Part shown: in pieces, positions 40,042 through 50,722 of the stretch
Position numbering within the stretch: the stretch's first letter is position 1
Layout of the letters: every line of letters starts with the position of its first letter
NCBI GenBank assembly: GCA_963845535.1
Contig: CAWJSK010000015.1
Location: 320,001-384,000 of the forward strand
Length of the DNA: 64,000 bases
From: an uncultured Spirochaetota bacterium
Lineage (GTDB): Bacteria; Spirochaetota; Spirochaetia; SZUA-6; Fen-1364
Direction: 5' to 3'
The notes under the pieces: generated by a model
What the model saw: the letters and a program-made list of their open reading frames with translations, nothing else
Told to the model about the DNA's origin: nothing
Databases searched by the model: none
Program-made: the position numbers and the translations under genes

Positions 40042-41465
40042 GGCTCCTCGTAGCGGATCAGCGACCCGGCCGCGGCAAGATCCGGAATCACCCCCGAGGC
40101 CACCCCCGCCATGAGGGCGGCCCCGAATGCCGTCTCCTCATTGTGCCGGGGCACCAGCAGAGGCGCTCGGAACCCTTTCTCGAACGCGCGGCGGAGGGAG
40201 TCGTTCCGGCGGATGGCGTTGCCGGACCCAACGAGCGTATTGATCCCATCTCTCTCAGAAGGGGACAAAAGACCGTAGAAGCCAAGCAGCTCTGAGACCA
40301 TCCCGTCACGAATCCCTGAGGCGAAGTGCTGCGGCGTGAGGTTGGAAAGCCCGATATTGCTGATGCTGCCCCGGATGGACGGAGTGACCCTTGTCCCGCT
40401 GAAGCGAGTGTCGACCCGAAGCGGCTCAGTATCATCCGGCGGGCTCATCCGGTTGATCACATCCCAAGGGATTTCCGCGTCCTGCCCCGTCACGGCCAGG
40501 ACTGTTTGCCGAAAGAACTCCCGAAGCGCCGCGTATGCCCGGCCGCCCCACAGCCCTGCGCCGACACCGATGTACCCGCCGAAGGGCAGCGGACGCAGGT
40601 CGATCCCTTCCCTGCGCCGAAACGTGTCGAGGAAAACGGAGATCTGCGTCCCCGTCCCCACCATGACCAATGCCATCCGCTTCCTGTCCGCGATGGCCCC
40701 CAGGAAGCTGGCCTGGTTGTCTCCGATGGCGGGGAAGACCGGAATTGCCGTGCGCCGCGCGCCGGGCCGCGCGCGGGGCCGCATGCCGGACCGCTCGGAA
40801 GCCGGCCCCGTTCCCGTCGTCTGCAGTTCTCCTAGCACCGTGGAAGTTTGAGTCACCTCGGGAAAGAACGAAGGATCACTTCCGATGGCGCGCAGCTCCG
40901 GGCGCGCAAAGGCGAGCTTCTCGAGGTCGAAGCCGCCGATGCTTGCCGCGATGGTCACGTCCAGGAGCGGGGTGCGTCTGACGGTGAGCTTCAGGGCCAG
41001 GTAGTCCCCGATGGTGCACAGGAAGGCCGCTGATTTCGGCACCAGGCCCATCCTGGCGTTTGCGAAGTGCGTGACGGCCCCCATTCCGGTTGCGGCCGGC
41101 CATCCCACGGCCGCCGCGACAAACGACGCATACGTGCCTCCCTCGAAAGGAAGATCTCCACGGCCGTCCTGCCACGTGTACAACGGGCTGGCCGCGTTCC
41201 CTGCGCCATCCACGTACAGCACGCCGTGCATCTGGCACGCAATTCCGATTCCGCCGATGTCCTGGTGCGCCTCCAGGGCCTTCGCCAATATCCCGCGCGC
41301 AATGCGCACCGTTCCGTCAGGGTCCTGGATGGACTCCCAGGGCGCGCGTGGTGGAATGCCGGCGGCATTGCCTTCCGTCTGGAGAAACACGACGCGCCCG
41401 TCCGCGGCATTCACCACGGCGCCGCAGATTGTGGTTGTCCCGACGTCGAGCCCGAGAAACTTCAC
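40023..41465 (-). CDS. FGGY carbohydrate kinase, sedoheptulokinase-like
   Basis: GLDVGTT, QMHGV, YTWQDGR, IGDNQAS, GSGNAIRRN. GTG start at 41465. Confidence 0.85.
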   Translation of the reverse strand: MKFLGLDVGTTTICGAVVNAADGRVVFLQTEGNAAGIPPRAPWESIQDPDGTVRIARGILAKALEAHQDIGGIGIACQMHGVLYVDGAGNAASPLYTWQDGRGDLPFEGGTYASFVAAAVGWPAATGMGAVTHFANARMGLVPKSAAFLCTIGDYLALKLTVRRTPLLDVTIAASIGGFDLEKLAFARPELRAIGSDPSFFPEVTQTSTVLGELQTTGTGPASERSGMRPRARPGARRTAIPVFPAIGDNQASFLGAIADRKRMALVMVGTGTQISVFLDTFRRREGIDLRPLPFGGYIGVGAGLWGGRAYAALREFFRQTVLAVTGQDAEIPWDVINRMSPPDDTEPLRVDTRFSGTRVTPSIRGSISNIGLSNLTPQHFASGIRDGMVSELLGFYGLLSPSERDGINTLVGSGNAIRRNDSLRRAFEKGFRAPLLVPRHNEETAFGAALMAGVASGVIPDLAAAGSLIRYEEPQSAAR

Positions 41466-42367
41466 TACAGCGCGCGACGCTCCGCGTCGCGGGGACGCTG
41501 CTGCGGCAGCGGAATGAATGCTGAGCGCGTCCCGATCAGCTCGGCGTAGCCGGGATGCCGCGCCAGGAGCCTGGCGTCCATCATGGGGACGCTCACTCCC
41601 AGGAAGAGCCCGGTGACCACCACGGGGCCGGCAATGGTCCACCACCACGACGGGCCCGCGGCAAGGCCGAACAGCCAGAGTCCCCACCAGAAAAGCACTT
41701 CTCCGAAGTAGTTGGGGTGTCGGGACATGGACCACAGTCCCGAATTGAGAATCTGCCCGGAGCCCGCCCGGGTGAGGAGGAACCTGCGCAGCTCGCGGTC
41801 AGCCGTTGCCTCCGTAAGGATTGCTCCCAGGGTAACGATGATTGCCAGCAGGTCCAGGATTCCGAATTGCCTGCTGCCGGCAAGGAAGACCGGGAAAAGG
41901 GCCACGCATCCCAGGAACACGATGACCGTTGGAAAGAGGTGGAACCCGAGGAAGCTTACCGGCCAGTAGCCCGCGCCGAGCTTCCGGTAGTCCGCGTATC
42001 GCCAGTCCTCATCCGCCAGACCGTGCCAGCGGCGCAGCCAGTTGAAGGTGAGCCGAATGGCCCAGAACGCCACGAGCGCCAGCACGATGACCTGCCGGAC
42101 GGAGAGCGCCTGGTTGGTGGAGAGCCAGTACACGAGGATGGGGAGCGGAGCCACGCTCCAGTACGGATCATACACGCTGGAGTTGTCCAGGATGAGGCTG
42201 AAGATGAACACGACGACGGTTGCCGCGAGGTCCGCCGCGGCGGCAGTCCAGAGAGGGGAGCCCCCGTCCAGCACTCTTCCCGCGGCAAAAGCCACGGCGG
42301 CGGCCACGACATATGCGAGCAGGCAGATGAGTCGGGACTGGGACTTGTTCAGGTGTACATCAGGCAT
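41465..42367 (-). CDS. DUF1295 / steroid 5-alpha-reductase-like membrane protein
   Basis: NSSVYDPYWS, EDWRY, GLWSMSRHPNYFGE. Confidence 0.9.
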   Translation of the reverse strand: MPDVHLNKSQSRLICLLAYVVAAAVAFAAGRVLDGGSPLWTAAAADLAATVVVFIFSLILDNSSVYDPYWSVAPLPILVYWLSTNQALSVRQVIVLALVAFWAIRLTFNWLRRWHGLADEDWRYADYRKLGAGYWPVSFLGFHLFPTVIVFLGCVALFPVFLAGSRQFGILDLLAIIVTLGAILTEATADRELRRFLLTRAGSGQILNSGLWSMSRHPNYFGEVLFWWGLWLFGLAAGPSWWWTIAGPVVVTGLFLGVSVPMMDARLLARHPGYAELIGTRSAFIPLPQQRPRDAERRAL

Positions 42368-43220
42368 CAGGTTTCCTTTCTTCATGCCACGGGATGAATT
42401 GCTTGCGGGTGGCGGGCTGGCAGTGGGGGCAGTAGAACGAGTCGTACCCCAGCACGCCCACTCGGCGTATGATTGCGCCGCACACGGGGCACGGCTCTCC
42501 GTTTCTGTTTCGAACGCGCACGTGGTCACGCACTTTGACTTCTATGGGTTGGTTCGCTTTCTCCACTTCCGCGATGCCCCACGCCATGACTTTGCGGACG
42601 CTGTCATAGAGCCTGCGTCTTTCCTCCGCGGACAGGCTGGCGCACGAGGTCTTGGGGTGGATGCCGGCGGCAAAAAGGATCTCATCCGCGTACGCGTTCC
42701 CGATGGCGCTCAGGGCTGCCTGGTCCATGAGGAATACGCGCGCCTGGTGGCGCCTGCCCTGGATGAGGCGATCAAAGGCCTCAAACGTGAAGGCTGGGGA
42801 CAGGATGTCGATCCCTTGCTCAGCGAAGCCCGGGAGGGAGTCGTACGCGCCGGGCGCCGTGAGATACACCTTGCCCATCTTCTTTTCATCCCCGTAGGAA
42901 AGTCGGTTTCCGTCATCAAGGGAAAAGGAGAAGCACGTGCCGGGAAGCTGCTTGTCCTTCCTGTCTGCAATCTGCAGGCGCCCGGCGAGCATGCAGTGCA
43001 TGATGAGCTCCCTGTCCTCCAGGGTGAAGCGGAGGAACGGGCCCCGACGCTCGAGGCTGGTGAAGCTCCGTCCCGTCACGGCCGCCGTGAAACCGCCCGC
43101 GTCCGGGAGGAGCATGCGGATCACGATGGGCTCCTTGATCCTGACCTCCGTTATACGGCGCCCAACGATCCTGGGGGCGAGCTTGGTGACGATGTAGTGA
43201 AGGTCGGGCAGCTCCGGCAC
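42360..43220 (-). CDS. mutM: Fpg/Nei DNA glycosylase
   Basis: MPELPD, IGNAYADEILF, CPVC...CPHCQ zinc finger. Confidence 0.9.
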   Translation of the reverse strand: MPELPDLHYIVTKLAPRIVGRRITEVRIKEPIVIRMLLPDAGGFTAAVTGRSFTSLERRGPFLRFTLEDRELIMHCMLAGRLQIADRKDKQLPGTCFSFSLDDGNRLSYGDEKKMGKVYLTAPGAYDSLPGFAEQGIDILSPAFTFEAFDRLIQGRRHQARVFLMDQAALSAIGNAYADEILFAAGIHPKTSCASLSAEERRRLYDSVRKVMAWGIAEVEKANQPIEVKVRDHVRVRNRNGEPCPVCGAIIRRVGVLGYDSFYCPHCQPATRKQFIPWHEERKPDA

Positions 43221-43303
43221 GCATCGAGTTGAGCGCTAGATTCTCCTCTTGTCAACCACGCGTCTGAGTCTTGTCGCCTGCCGCGCTCGAAGTGGTTGCC
43301 GGT

Positions 43304-43735
43304 TCACAAAGCCTTCAGTGCCGCGGCGTTGAGTGTGCCGATTCCGTCCTTTTTCAGCGCGGCGGCGGCTCTCTCCTTGTCATCGATCTTGCAGATCACG
43401 ATGGCGTTTGCCTTCGTTTTTTCCACGTACGCGTACATGTATTCCACGTTCACGCCGGCGCCCTCCAGCGCGGCAAGCACGCGCGCAAGCCCGCCCGGCT
43501 TGTCCTCCATCTCCACGGCCAGCACCTCGGTCACCTGGGCGATGATCCCGTCCGCTTTCAGCGCGGCCAGGCACGCGTCAGGGTCGTTCACGATGATCCG
43601 AAGCACCCCGAAATCCGCCGTGTCCGCGAGGGAAAGGGCGCGGATGTTCACCGCGCGGGAGGCCAGGAGCCGGGTCACCTCGGCGAGCCTCCCTTTTTTG
43701 TTTTCCAGGAATATCGAGATCTGTCGTACGCTCAT
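43304..43735 (-). CDS. ACT domain protein
   Basis: QISIFLENKKGRL, DKPGGLA, NVEYMYA. Typical partner of paaK. Confidence 0.92.
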   Translation of the reverse strand: MSVRQISIFLENKKGRLAEVTRLLASRAVNIRALSLADTADFGVLRIIVNDPDACLAALKADGIIAQVTEVLAVEMEDKPGGLARVLAALEGAGVNVEYMYAYVEKTKANAIVICKIDDKERAAAALKKDGIGTLNAAALKAL

Positions 43736-43749
43736 TTCTCCCTCCGGGC

Positions 43750-45048
43750 TTACAGGAGCCTCTTGTCGATGATCCGCTTCGCTTTCCCTTCGCTTCGGGC
43801 AATGCTCTTTGGCTCGACGAGCTTCACGCGCGTGTGGATGTTCAGGCTTGCGTACAGGTCCGCCTCGATTGTGCGCTCCATGTGCTCCAGGCCCTTGATC
43901 TCGTCGGAGAACATCTCCTCATTCATTTCGACCTGTACTTCCAGCTCGTCGAGCTGGTCACGCCGCTCAACCACAAGCTGGTAGTGCGGCTCCACGCCGT
44001 CCACCTTCAGGATGACCTGTTCGATCTGGGACGGGAAGACGTTCACGCCGCGGATGATCAGCATGTCGTCCGTGCGGCCGAGCACCCGGTGCATTCTCAC
44101 CGTGGTTCTCCCGCACGGGCAGGGCGAGCGGTCGAGGTACGTGATGTCACGCGTCCTGTACCGCAAAAGAGGCGTGCCTTCCTTCGTCAGCGTCGTGATG
44201 ACGAGCTCGCCTTTTTCCCCGTCCGGAAGAAGCTTCTCCGTGACAGGGTCGATGATTTCGGGGTAGAAGTGGTCCTCCGAAATATGCAGGCCTCCCTGAT
44301 GCTCGCATTCCGTTGCCACCCCGGGACCGATGATCTCCGTCAGGCCGTAGATGTCGATGGCGAGCGTGTCGAGCTTGTCCTCGATCTCTGCACGCATGCT
44401 TTCGCTCCAGGGCTCGGCGCCGAAGAAACCGGCCTTCAATCCCACGGTGCGCAGGTCGAGGCCTTCTTCCCGTGCGGCCTCCGCAAGGAAAAGCGCGTAG
44501 GACGGGGTACAGGCCAGCACGGTTGACGTGAAGTCCCGGAGTATGGCGAGCTGCCGTTTCGTGTTCCCGCCGGAGATGGGGATGACCGTTGCCCCGATCT
44601 TGCGCGCGCCGTAATGCACTCCCAGCCCGCCGGTGAAAAGGCCGTAGCCGTAGGCGTTCTGGACAATGTCATGCCGCGTTGTCCCCCCGGCCGACAACGT
44701 GCGGGCCATCACCTCGGCCCACGTCTCGATGTCCCCCCGGGTGTAGGCGTCCACCACGGGCTTGCCGGTGGTTCCGGAGGAAGTGTGGATTTCGACGATC
44801 TCGGAAAGCGCCACGGCGAGGAGGCCGTAGGGGTACACGTCCCTCATTTCGTCCTTGGTGGTGAACGGGAGCTTCCCGATGTCGCAGATTCCCTGGACGT
44901 CCTGCGGCTTGACGCCGCGCTTCTCCATTTTTCTGCGGTAGAACGGGACGCGCCGGTAAAGCGCGTCGGCAAGCCTGCCCAGCCGCTCACCGTGCAGCTT
45001 TGTCATCTCGGGCCGGGAGAGAGTTTCGAAATCGGGATTCCAGATCAT
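43750..45048 (-). CDS. paaK: Phenylacetate-CoA ligase
   Basis: [38 protein letters not shown] 45048 with RBS GGAGG. Confidence 0.92.
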   Translation of the reverse strand: MIWNPDFETLSRPEMTKLHGERLGRLADALYRRVPFYRRKMEKRGVKPQDVQGICDIGKLPFTTKDEMRDVYPYGLLAVALSEIVEIHTSSGTTGKPVVDAYTRGDIETWAEVMARTLSAGGTTRHDIVQNAYGYGLFTGGLGVHYGARKIGATVIPISGGNTKRQLAILRDFTSTVLACTPSYALFLAEAAREEGLDLRTVGLKAGFFGAEPWSESMRAEIEDKLDTLAIDIYGLTEIIGPGVATECEHQGGLHISEDHFYPEIIDPVTEKLLPDGEKGELVITTLTKEGTPLLRYRTRDITYLDRSPCPCGRTTVRMHRVLGRTDDMLIIRGVNVFPSQIEQVILKVDGVEPHYQLVVERRDQLDELEVQVEMNEEMFSDEIKGLEHMERTIEADLYASLNIHTRVKLVEPKSIARSEGKAKRIIDKRLL

Positions 45049-45258
45049 CGACGATGTACCTCCGTTTCGAAGATTTGCTTCTGCCGAAGGGGATGGCTTG
45101 CTCACGGTGTATACCGTACGCCCCCCTCCTGCAAGAAGAATGTTGGGGGGACAGAATCTGCAGTGGCTCGAGGTTTGCAGGCTTGGCTCAAAATTGATGA
45201 AAATCTGGATTTTTTTGTTGCAAGAATATCAATATTCGGTTAAAAATTTGCTTTAAGG

Positions 45259-46490
45259 ATGGCGGAATCATAAAAGGTCATAAACAAGTTAGGGTCCTTC
45301 AATCTATATTCTTTCTCAAGTCTCCAACAAGAGGGGAAATTGCGCTTCGCACCGGGATCAGCCCGGTTTCCATAACAGCGCTCTTGAACAAGCTGCTGCA
45401 ACAGGGGCTCGTCGAGCGGGCCGGTAAGACACAGAACAGGAGCGGCAGGCCGTCATCCATTTATCGTCTTTCCTCCTCCGTGGGTTACTCCCTCGGGGTT
45501 TCCGTGGACACCTCGAGCTTCAGGATCACCGCGGTGGACCCCATGCGCACGGTGCTTTGGGAAGGCGAGTTCCCTCTCACCCTCTCCTCAACCCCTGCGG
45601 ACCATCTCAACGACATCACCCGCCAGATCTCCGTCGAGCTCAAGAGAGCCATGAGCTCGCCCGTCCTCCTGGAGAGGCGGCCCCTGGCAATCGGGCTGTC
45701 CATGCCGGGCATGGTGGACACGGAGAGGGGGATCTGGCTGCAAGGGCTGCGGGTGTCGGGGATCACCCACATCCCGCTTCGAACGATCATGGAAAGGGCC
45801 TTCGGCCTGCCGGTTGTCGTGGAGCACCCCGCGCGTTGCCTCGCCTTCCTGACGGCGGAGCGGCGTTGGCCTCAGGGCGCGGCGGACCTCGTCTACCTCT
45901 TCCTCGGCTCGGGGGTCGGGACCGCCGTCATCATCGGTGACGAGCCGTACCTGGGCTCGCGCGGCCTGGCGGGGGAGGTCGGCCACCTCGTGGTGGAAGC
46001 GGAGGGTGAGCGCTGCACCTGTGGGAACGTCGGGTGCCTGGAGACGGTGGTATCCCGGCCCAGCATCCTCAGACGGTTCCAGCGGCGGCTCTCCGAAGGG
46101 GTCATATCGAGTCTCCAGTACTTCGCGGAAAAAGGCGTGGCCCTGACCCTGGAGGCAATCCGGGAGGCCGCGCTCTCCGGGGACCGGCTGGCCCGGTCAA
46201 CGCTCTATGAGATTGGCACGTTCCTCGGAGACGCGTGCTGCAAGATCGTCACGCTGTTCAATCCCGGGGCTCTCGTCATTGGCGGGCCCGCGGCGACGTT
46301 CGGGGAGTTCCTCCGGGAGCCTATCTGGACCACCATCCGCCGAAAGGTGATCCCCGAGATACTGGAAGGCCTCACTCTGGAGGTCGTCACGTCCGAGCCT
46401 CGTGATGAGGCAATGGGCGCGGCGCTCCTTGCGGAACGCAGATTCTGGAAAACGGCGCCGCCGGTGCGTTTCAGCGCACCGGCCCCATGA
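45259..46490 (+). CDS. ROK family repressor (HTH + ROK); start codon anomalous
   Basis: TRGEIALRTGIS HTH is in frame upstream of TTG 45384; SGRP; GEVGH; CTCGNVGCLE. Confidence 0.85.
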
Positions 46491-47241
46491 GGCAGCGGTC
46501 CGGCAGGAGATCGAAAATCGGGTTTCCGTCATTGCGGCTGAACCCCACGTGGGAATGGCGCCGCCAGCCCTCTGCGAAACGATAGCGGCCCGACATCCCG
46601 CCAACAGCCAGAGCCGCCTCCCGCATCGTTCTCAGGTACGAATCGAACCCTTGCGTCGCATCCAGCCATTCCTTCTGGCTCGCGTGGCAGGCAAGCAGCT
46701 TTTCCTTTTCGGATATCACCTCCGTTATGTCCACGTACATCTCCGAGACGACTGGCCTCCGCATCATATCCGTAAGGATGTGGGGAGTGGAGTGGTACAG
46801 CATGACGTCGTGGAGCGTCGCCGGCTCCGCAGGAATGGACTCGTAGTTTTTCACGCCGCGCAGGAAAGACGCCGTGACGGTGATCCGGGCCGTGTTCATG
46901 TGGTCTTCCATGTAGTCTTCGGGAGACATGGCAAGAATGATGTCCGGCTTCACCTGCCGCACCACGGCCGTGACCCGGCGAATGAGGTCCTGCACGTAGA
47001 AGACCTCGAGGTCATCCACGAGGCTCTCATGAAAGACCGCGCCCAGGAGCGCCGCGGCCTTCATGGCCTCCTTCTTCCGGACCGCGGCGGCTTCCGCCGG
47101 GTCCATTGTCGAGCTTCCCGCGCATCCGTTGGCGACGTTGATATAATGGATATCGCATCCGGCCCGCTTGAGGAGAAGGGCCGTGCCCGCCATCATGAAC
47201 TCAGCGTCATCAGGGTGGCAGGAGATGATGAGGACAGTCAT
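46471..47241 (-). CDS. PIG-L/LmbE family deacetylase
   Basis: HPDDAE, DYMEDH, CHASQ. ATG 47241. Confidence 0.88.
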   Translation of the reverse strand: MTVLIISCHPDDAEFMMAGTALLLKRAGCDIHYINVANGCAGSSTMDPAEAAAVRKKEAMKAAALLGAVFHESLVDDLEVFYVQDLIRRVTAVVRQVKPDIILAMSPEDYMEDHMNTARITVTASFLRGVKNYESIPAEPATLHDVMLYHSTPHILTDMMRRPVVSEMYVDITEVISEKEKLLACHASQKEWLDATQGFDSYLRTMREAALAVGGMSGRYRFAEGWRRHSHVGFSRNDGNPIFDLLPDRCLMGPVR

Positions 47242-47370
47242 AGGGCGAGTTTCCCGACCGCTGCCATTCGAGTCAAGAACGGACGGAGCGCGTCTCAAGA
47301 CGGAGCGCACTCCTCCCCTTTGAAGTCCGCCCCCGGCTCTGATATACAGAGGGGCTGAAGGAGGTGCTCG

Positions 47371-49542
47371 TTGGCCACAACGCCATTTTGTGATCCCGAC
47401 CTGCCGCTCGAGGAGCGCCTTCGCGACCTCATGAGCCGTATGACCCTTCCCGAGAAGGTGTCTCAGATGGTCTATGAATCCCCTGCAATCCCCCGCCTGG
47501 GAATTCCTGAATACAACTGGTGGAACGAAGGGCTGCACGGCGTGGGGCGCGCGGGCATAGCGACCGTGTTCCCGCAGGCCATCGGCCTGGCCGCGGCGTT
47601 CGACCCCGGGCTGGTGGGGCAGATCGCCGTAGCGGTGTCAGGTGAGGCCAGGGCGAAGCACCACGAGTACGCCCGCCAGGGGTACCGGCGCCAGTACCAC
47701 GGGCTCACGCTCTGGAGCCCGAACGTCAACATCTTCCGTGATCCGCGCTGGGGCCGCGGCCAGGAAACCTACGGGGAAGACCCATATTTGAGCGGCAGGC
47801 TGGGCGTGGCGTTCATCAAGGGAATCCAGGGGGATGACCCGCGTTACGTGAAGGTTGCCGCCACCCCCAAGCACTTCGCCGTGCACAGCGGGCCCGAGGC
47901 CCTTCGTCATCACTTCGACGCCCGCGTGAGCGCACGGGACTTGCGGGAAACCTATCTTCCTGCGTTTCGCGACTGCGTCACGGAAGGGGGCGCGGAGTCC
48001 GTCATGGGAGCGTACAACCGGACAAACGGCGAGCCGTGCTGCGCCAGCCCGACTCTGCTCAGCCGGATCCTCCGCGGGGAGTGGGGCTTTGCCGGCTTTG
48101 TCGTCTCCGACTGCGGCGCTATTTTCGACTTTCACGCGCATCACACCGTAACGAGCACTCCCGAGCAATCCGCCGCGCTCGCCGTGAAAAGCGGCTGCGA
48201 CCTGGAGTGCGGCCGCGTCTATCCCGCTCTCGTGGAGGCGGTGAGCAAGGGCCTGATCACCGAAGCTGACATCGACATCGCCCTGGCCCGCCTTCTCAGG
48301 ATCCGCATCCGCCTGGGCATGTTTGATCCTCCCGAAAGAGTGCCCTACGCATCCATTCCCTACGACACGGTCGACTGCACGGAGCACAGGACCCTGGCGC
48401 TGAACGCGGCCCGCGAATCCATCGTTTTGTTGAAGAACCAGGACGGCTTGCTGCCGTTGCGCAAGGACCTGGGTTGCATTGCCGTCATAGGACCCAACGC
48501 GGATGACCGCGAGGCGCTCCTGGGCAACTACAACGGCCAACCCTCCAGATCAGTCACGATCCTCGAGGGCATCAGGACCGCGGTGGGACCGGGGACGCGC
48601 GTGCTCTTTGCCCAGGGCTCCGACATCCAGAAAGACCAGGACTCCATCTGGGGCGAAAAAGCTGATGACGGGTTCGGGGAGGCCCTGGCGGCAGCGGACA
48701 GGGCGGACGTGGTGATCCTTGTGCTCGGCCTGAACAACCGCCTGGAAGGGGAGGAGGGGTCCGCCCTCCAGTCCCAGTGGCAAGGGGACAGGATCTCGAT
48801 CGAGCTGCCTTCCATCCAGAGGAAGCTTTTCAACGCCGTGGCGGCCAAGGGAAAGCCTATGGTCCTTGTCCTGCTCACCGGCGGCTCGCTCGCGCTGTCA
48901 CGGGAAGACGAGCTTTCCAGGGCCGTTGTCCTGGCCTGGTATCCAGGTGAGGAGGGAGGGCGCGCCGTGGCAGACGTGCTCTTCGGGGACTGCTGCCCCA
49001 GCGGCCGGCTGCCGGTGACCTGGGTCAGATCTACGGACCAATTGCCGCCTTTCACCGACTACGCCATGAAGGGCCGGACCTACCGCTATTTCGAGGGGGA
49101 CCCCCTGTACCCGTTTGGATACGGCCTTTCCTACACCGCCTTTGGTTACGCCAACGTGACGATGGAAAAGCCGGCCGTGCGGGCAGGTGAGCAGATTGCC
49201 GTCTCGGTGGACGTAACCAACACCGGCTCTCGGGAAGGTGAGGAGATTGTCCAGCTTTACCTGAGCTGGCCTTCCGCGCCTTTCTCCCCGCCTCTGCGAC
49301 AGCTTGCCGGCTTCAAGCGGGTGGCACTCGCGCCGGGCCAGACCAGCCGGGTGTCTTTTGTCGTCACGGAGCGGCTGATGAGCCTCGTGGATGACGAAGG
49401 AAGCAGGGCCGTCCTCCCGGGGCGGATACAGGTCACCGTGGGCGGGCGCCAGCCGGATCGTCGCAGCGAGGAGTTGACGGGGACCACGGTTTTGGAGGCC
49501 GAGCTGGAAGTGACCGGGAGCCGCCGCGAGCTTTTGCCTTGA
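47371..49542 (+). CDS. GH3 beta-xylosidase/glucosidase
   Basis: WWNEGLHG, RDPRWGRGQETYGEDP, KHF, VVSDCGA, Fn3-like tail. No signal peptide. Confidence 0.93.
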   Translation: MATTPFCDPDLPLEERLRDLMSRMTLPEKVSQMVYESPAIPRLGIPEYNWWNEGLHGVGRAGIATVFPQAIGLAAAFDPGLVGQIAVAVSGEARAKHHEYARQGYRRQYHGLTLWSPNVNIFRDPRWGRGQETYGEDPYLSGRLGVAFIKGIQGDDPRYVKVAATPKHFAVHSGPEALRHHFDARVSARDLRETYLPAFRDCVTEGGAESVMGAYNRTNGEPCCASPTLLSRILRGEWGFAGFVVSDCGAIFDFHAHHTVTSTPEQSAALAVKSGCDLECGRVYPALVEAVSKGLITEADIDIALARLLRIRIRLGMFDPPERVPYASIPYDTVDCTEHRTLALNAARESIVLLKNQDGLLPLRKDLGCIAVIGPNADDREALLGNYNGQPSRSVTILEGIRTAVGPGTRVLFAQGSDIQKDQDSIWGEKADDGFGEALAAADRADVVILVLGLNNRLEGEEGSALQSQWQGDRISIELPSIQRKLFNAVAAKGKPMVLVLLTGGSLALSREDELSRAVVLAWYPGEEGGRAVADVLFGDCCPSGRLPVTWVRSTDQLPPFTDYAMKGRTYRYFEGDPLYPFGYGLSYTAFGYANVTMEKPAVRAGEQIAVSVDVTNTGSREGEEIVQLYLSWPSAPFSPPLRQLAGFKRVALAPGQTSRVSFVVTERLMSLVDDEGSRAVLPGRIQVTVGGRQPDRRSEELTGTTVLEAELEVTGSRRELLP

Positions 49543-49672
49543 TGGGCCGGGTGTGATGGGCCGGGTGTTGACGGTCCAGCTATAGGCAGTTTGACCTATA
49601 CCGACCCGGCAACGGCTCCGAACCAGGGAACCGAGCTTCAGCCTGTTTCACCTGCACGCCTGAGGGAGTACG

Positions 49673-50722
49673 GTGGGAGGAATGAGTGGAGCTCCCCGGG
49701 CTTTTGTGCCGTCACTTGCCGCGGTGTATCAATCGCATTTTCCCATCGGCGCCGCGGTGGAGCCGGAGACGCTCGTCACCCAGGGTGAGCTGCTCGCGGC
49801 GCAAGTGAACAGCCTCGTCGCAGAGAATGCCATGAAGTGGGAGCGCATCCATCCCTTGCGCGGGGAGGGCGATTCCTCCTTCGACTTCGCGGCGGCTGAC
49901 GCAATCGTGGCTTTTGCCCGCGACCATGGGATGCGCGTTCGCGGCCACACCCTCGTCTGGCACAACCAGGTGCCCGGCTGGGTGTTCCAGGGAAGCGCCG
50001 GGCCGGCCACGAAGCGCGAGCTGCTTTCCCGGTTGGAAGCCCATATCGCCATGCTCCTTGCCCATTTTCAGGGCGAGGTCTACTGTTGGGACGTCGTGAA
50101 TGAGGCAATATCGGACGCAACTGGTGACTGGCGGACGGACAGTCCCTGGCACCGATTGGCGGGGTCCGATCACGGAGCAGATGGCATCCCCGGCTACATT
50201 GAGAAAGCGTTCCGGTGCGCGCGCGCTGCTGACCCGGCCGCCAGGCTTTTTTACAACGACTACGGCATTGAAACCGCAGGCAAGCTGGAGAAGGCATTGA
50301 GCCTGGTGAAGGCCCTCGCGGCCCAAGGGCTCATTGACGGCGTCGGGATCCAGGGGCATTGGTCCGTGTTCGGTCCTGATGCGGAAACAGTCAGACGCGC
50401 CGTCACGAGCTTCGCCTCACTCGGGGTGGAGGTGCAGATCACGGAGCTGGATGTCTCCCTGTTTCGATGGGGGGACAGCTCCACAGCCCAGGAACCCGGA
50501 CCCGACCTCCTCCGCCAACAAGCCGCGAGGTACGGATCATACTTCCGAGTGTTTCGGGAAGAAGCTGCCGCGCATCGGCTCACCGGCGTGACTTTCTGGG
50601 GTATTGCGGACGACCATACCTGGCTCGACTCTTTTCCGGTGAAGGGGAGAAAGGACTGGCCGCTTCTCTTTGACGTCCGCCACAAACCCAAGGACGCTTT
50701 CTGGAACGTGGCCTCGTGGTGA
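49673..50722 (+). CDS. GH10 endo-1,4-beta-xylanase, apparently intracellular
   Basis: ENAMKW, RGHTLVWH, WDVVNE, YNDY, QITELD, TFWG. Confidence 0.93.
   Translation: MGGMSGAPRAFVPSLAAVYQSHFPIGAAVEPETLVTQGELLAAQVNSLVAENAMKWERIHPLRGEGDSSFDFAAADAIVAFARDHGMRVRGHTLVWHNQVPGWVFQGSAGPATKRELLSRLEAHIAMLLAHFQGEVYCWDVVNEAISDATGDWRTDSPWHRLAGSDHGADGIPGYIEKAFRCARAADPAARLFYNDYGIETAGKLEKALSLVKALAAQGLIDGVGIQGHWSVFGPDAETVRRAVTSFASLGVEVQITELDVSLFRWGDSSTAQEPGPDLLRQQAARYGSYFRVFREEAAAHRLTGVTFWGIADDHTWLDSFPVKGRKDWPLLFDVRHKPKDAFWNVASW

Noticed and set aside
40023..41735. 570-aa FGGY kinase with a long N-terminus
   Set aside because: The extension overlaps the DUF1295 gene; the kinase motif begins at GTG 41465.
49540..49567. 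14-bp tandem duplication TGATGGGCCGGGTG x2 at the GH3 stop
   Set aside because: Two copies only; looks like local slippage with no sign of function.
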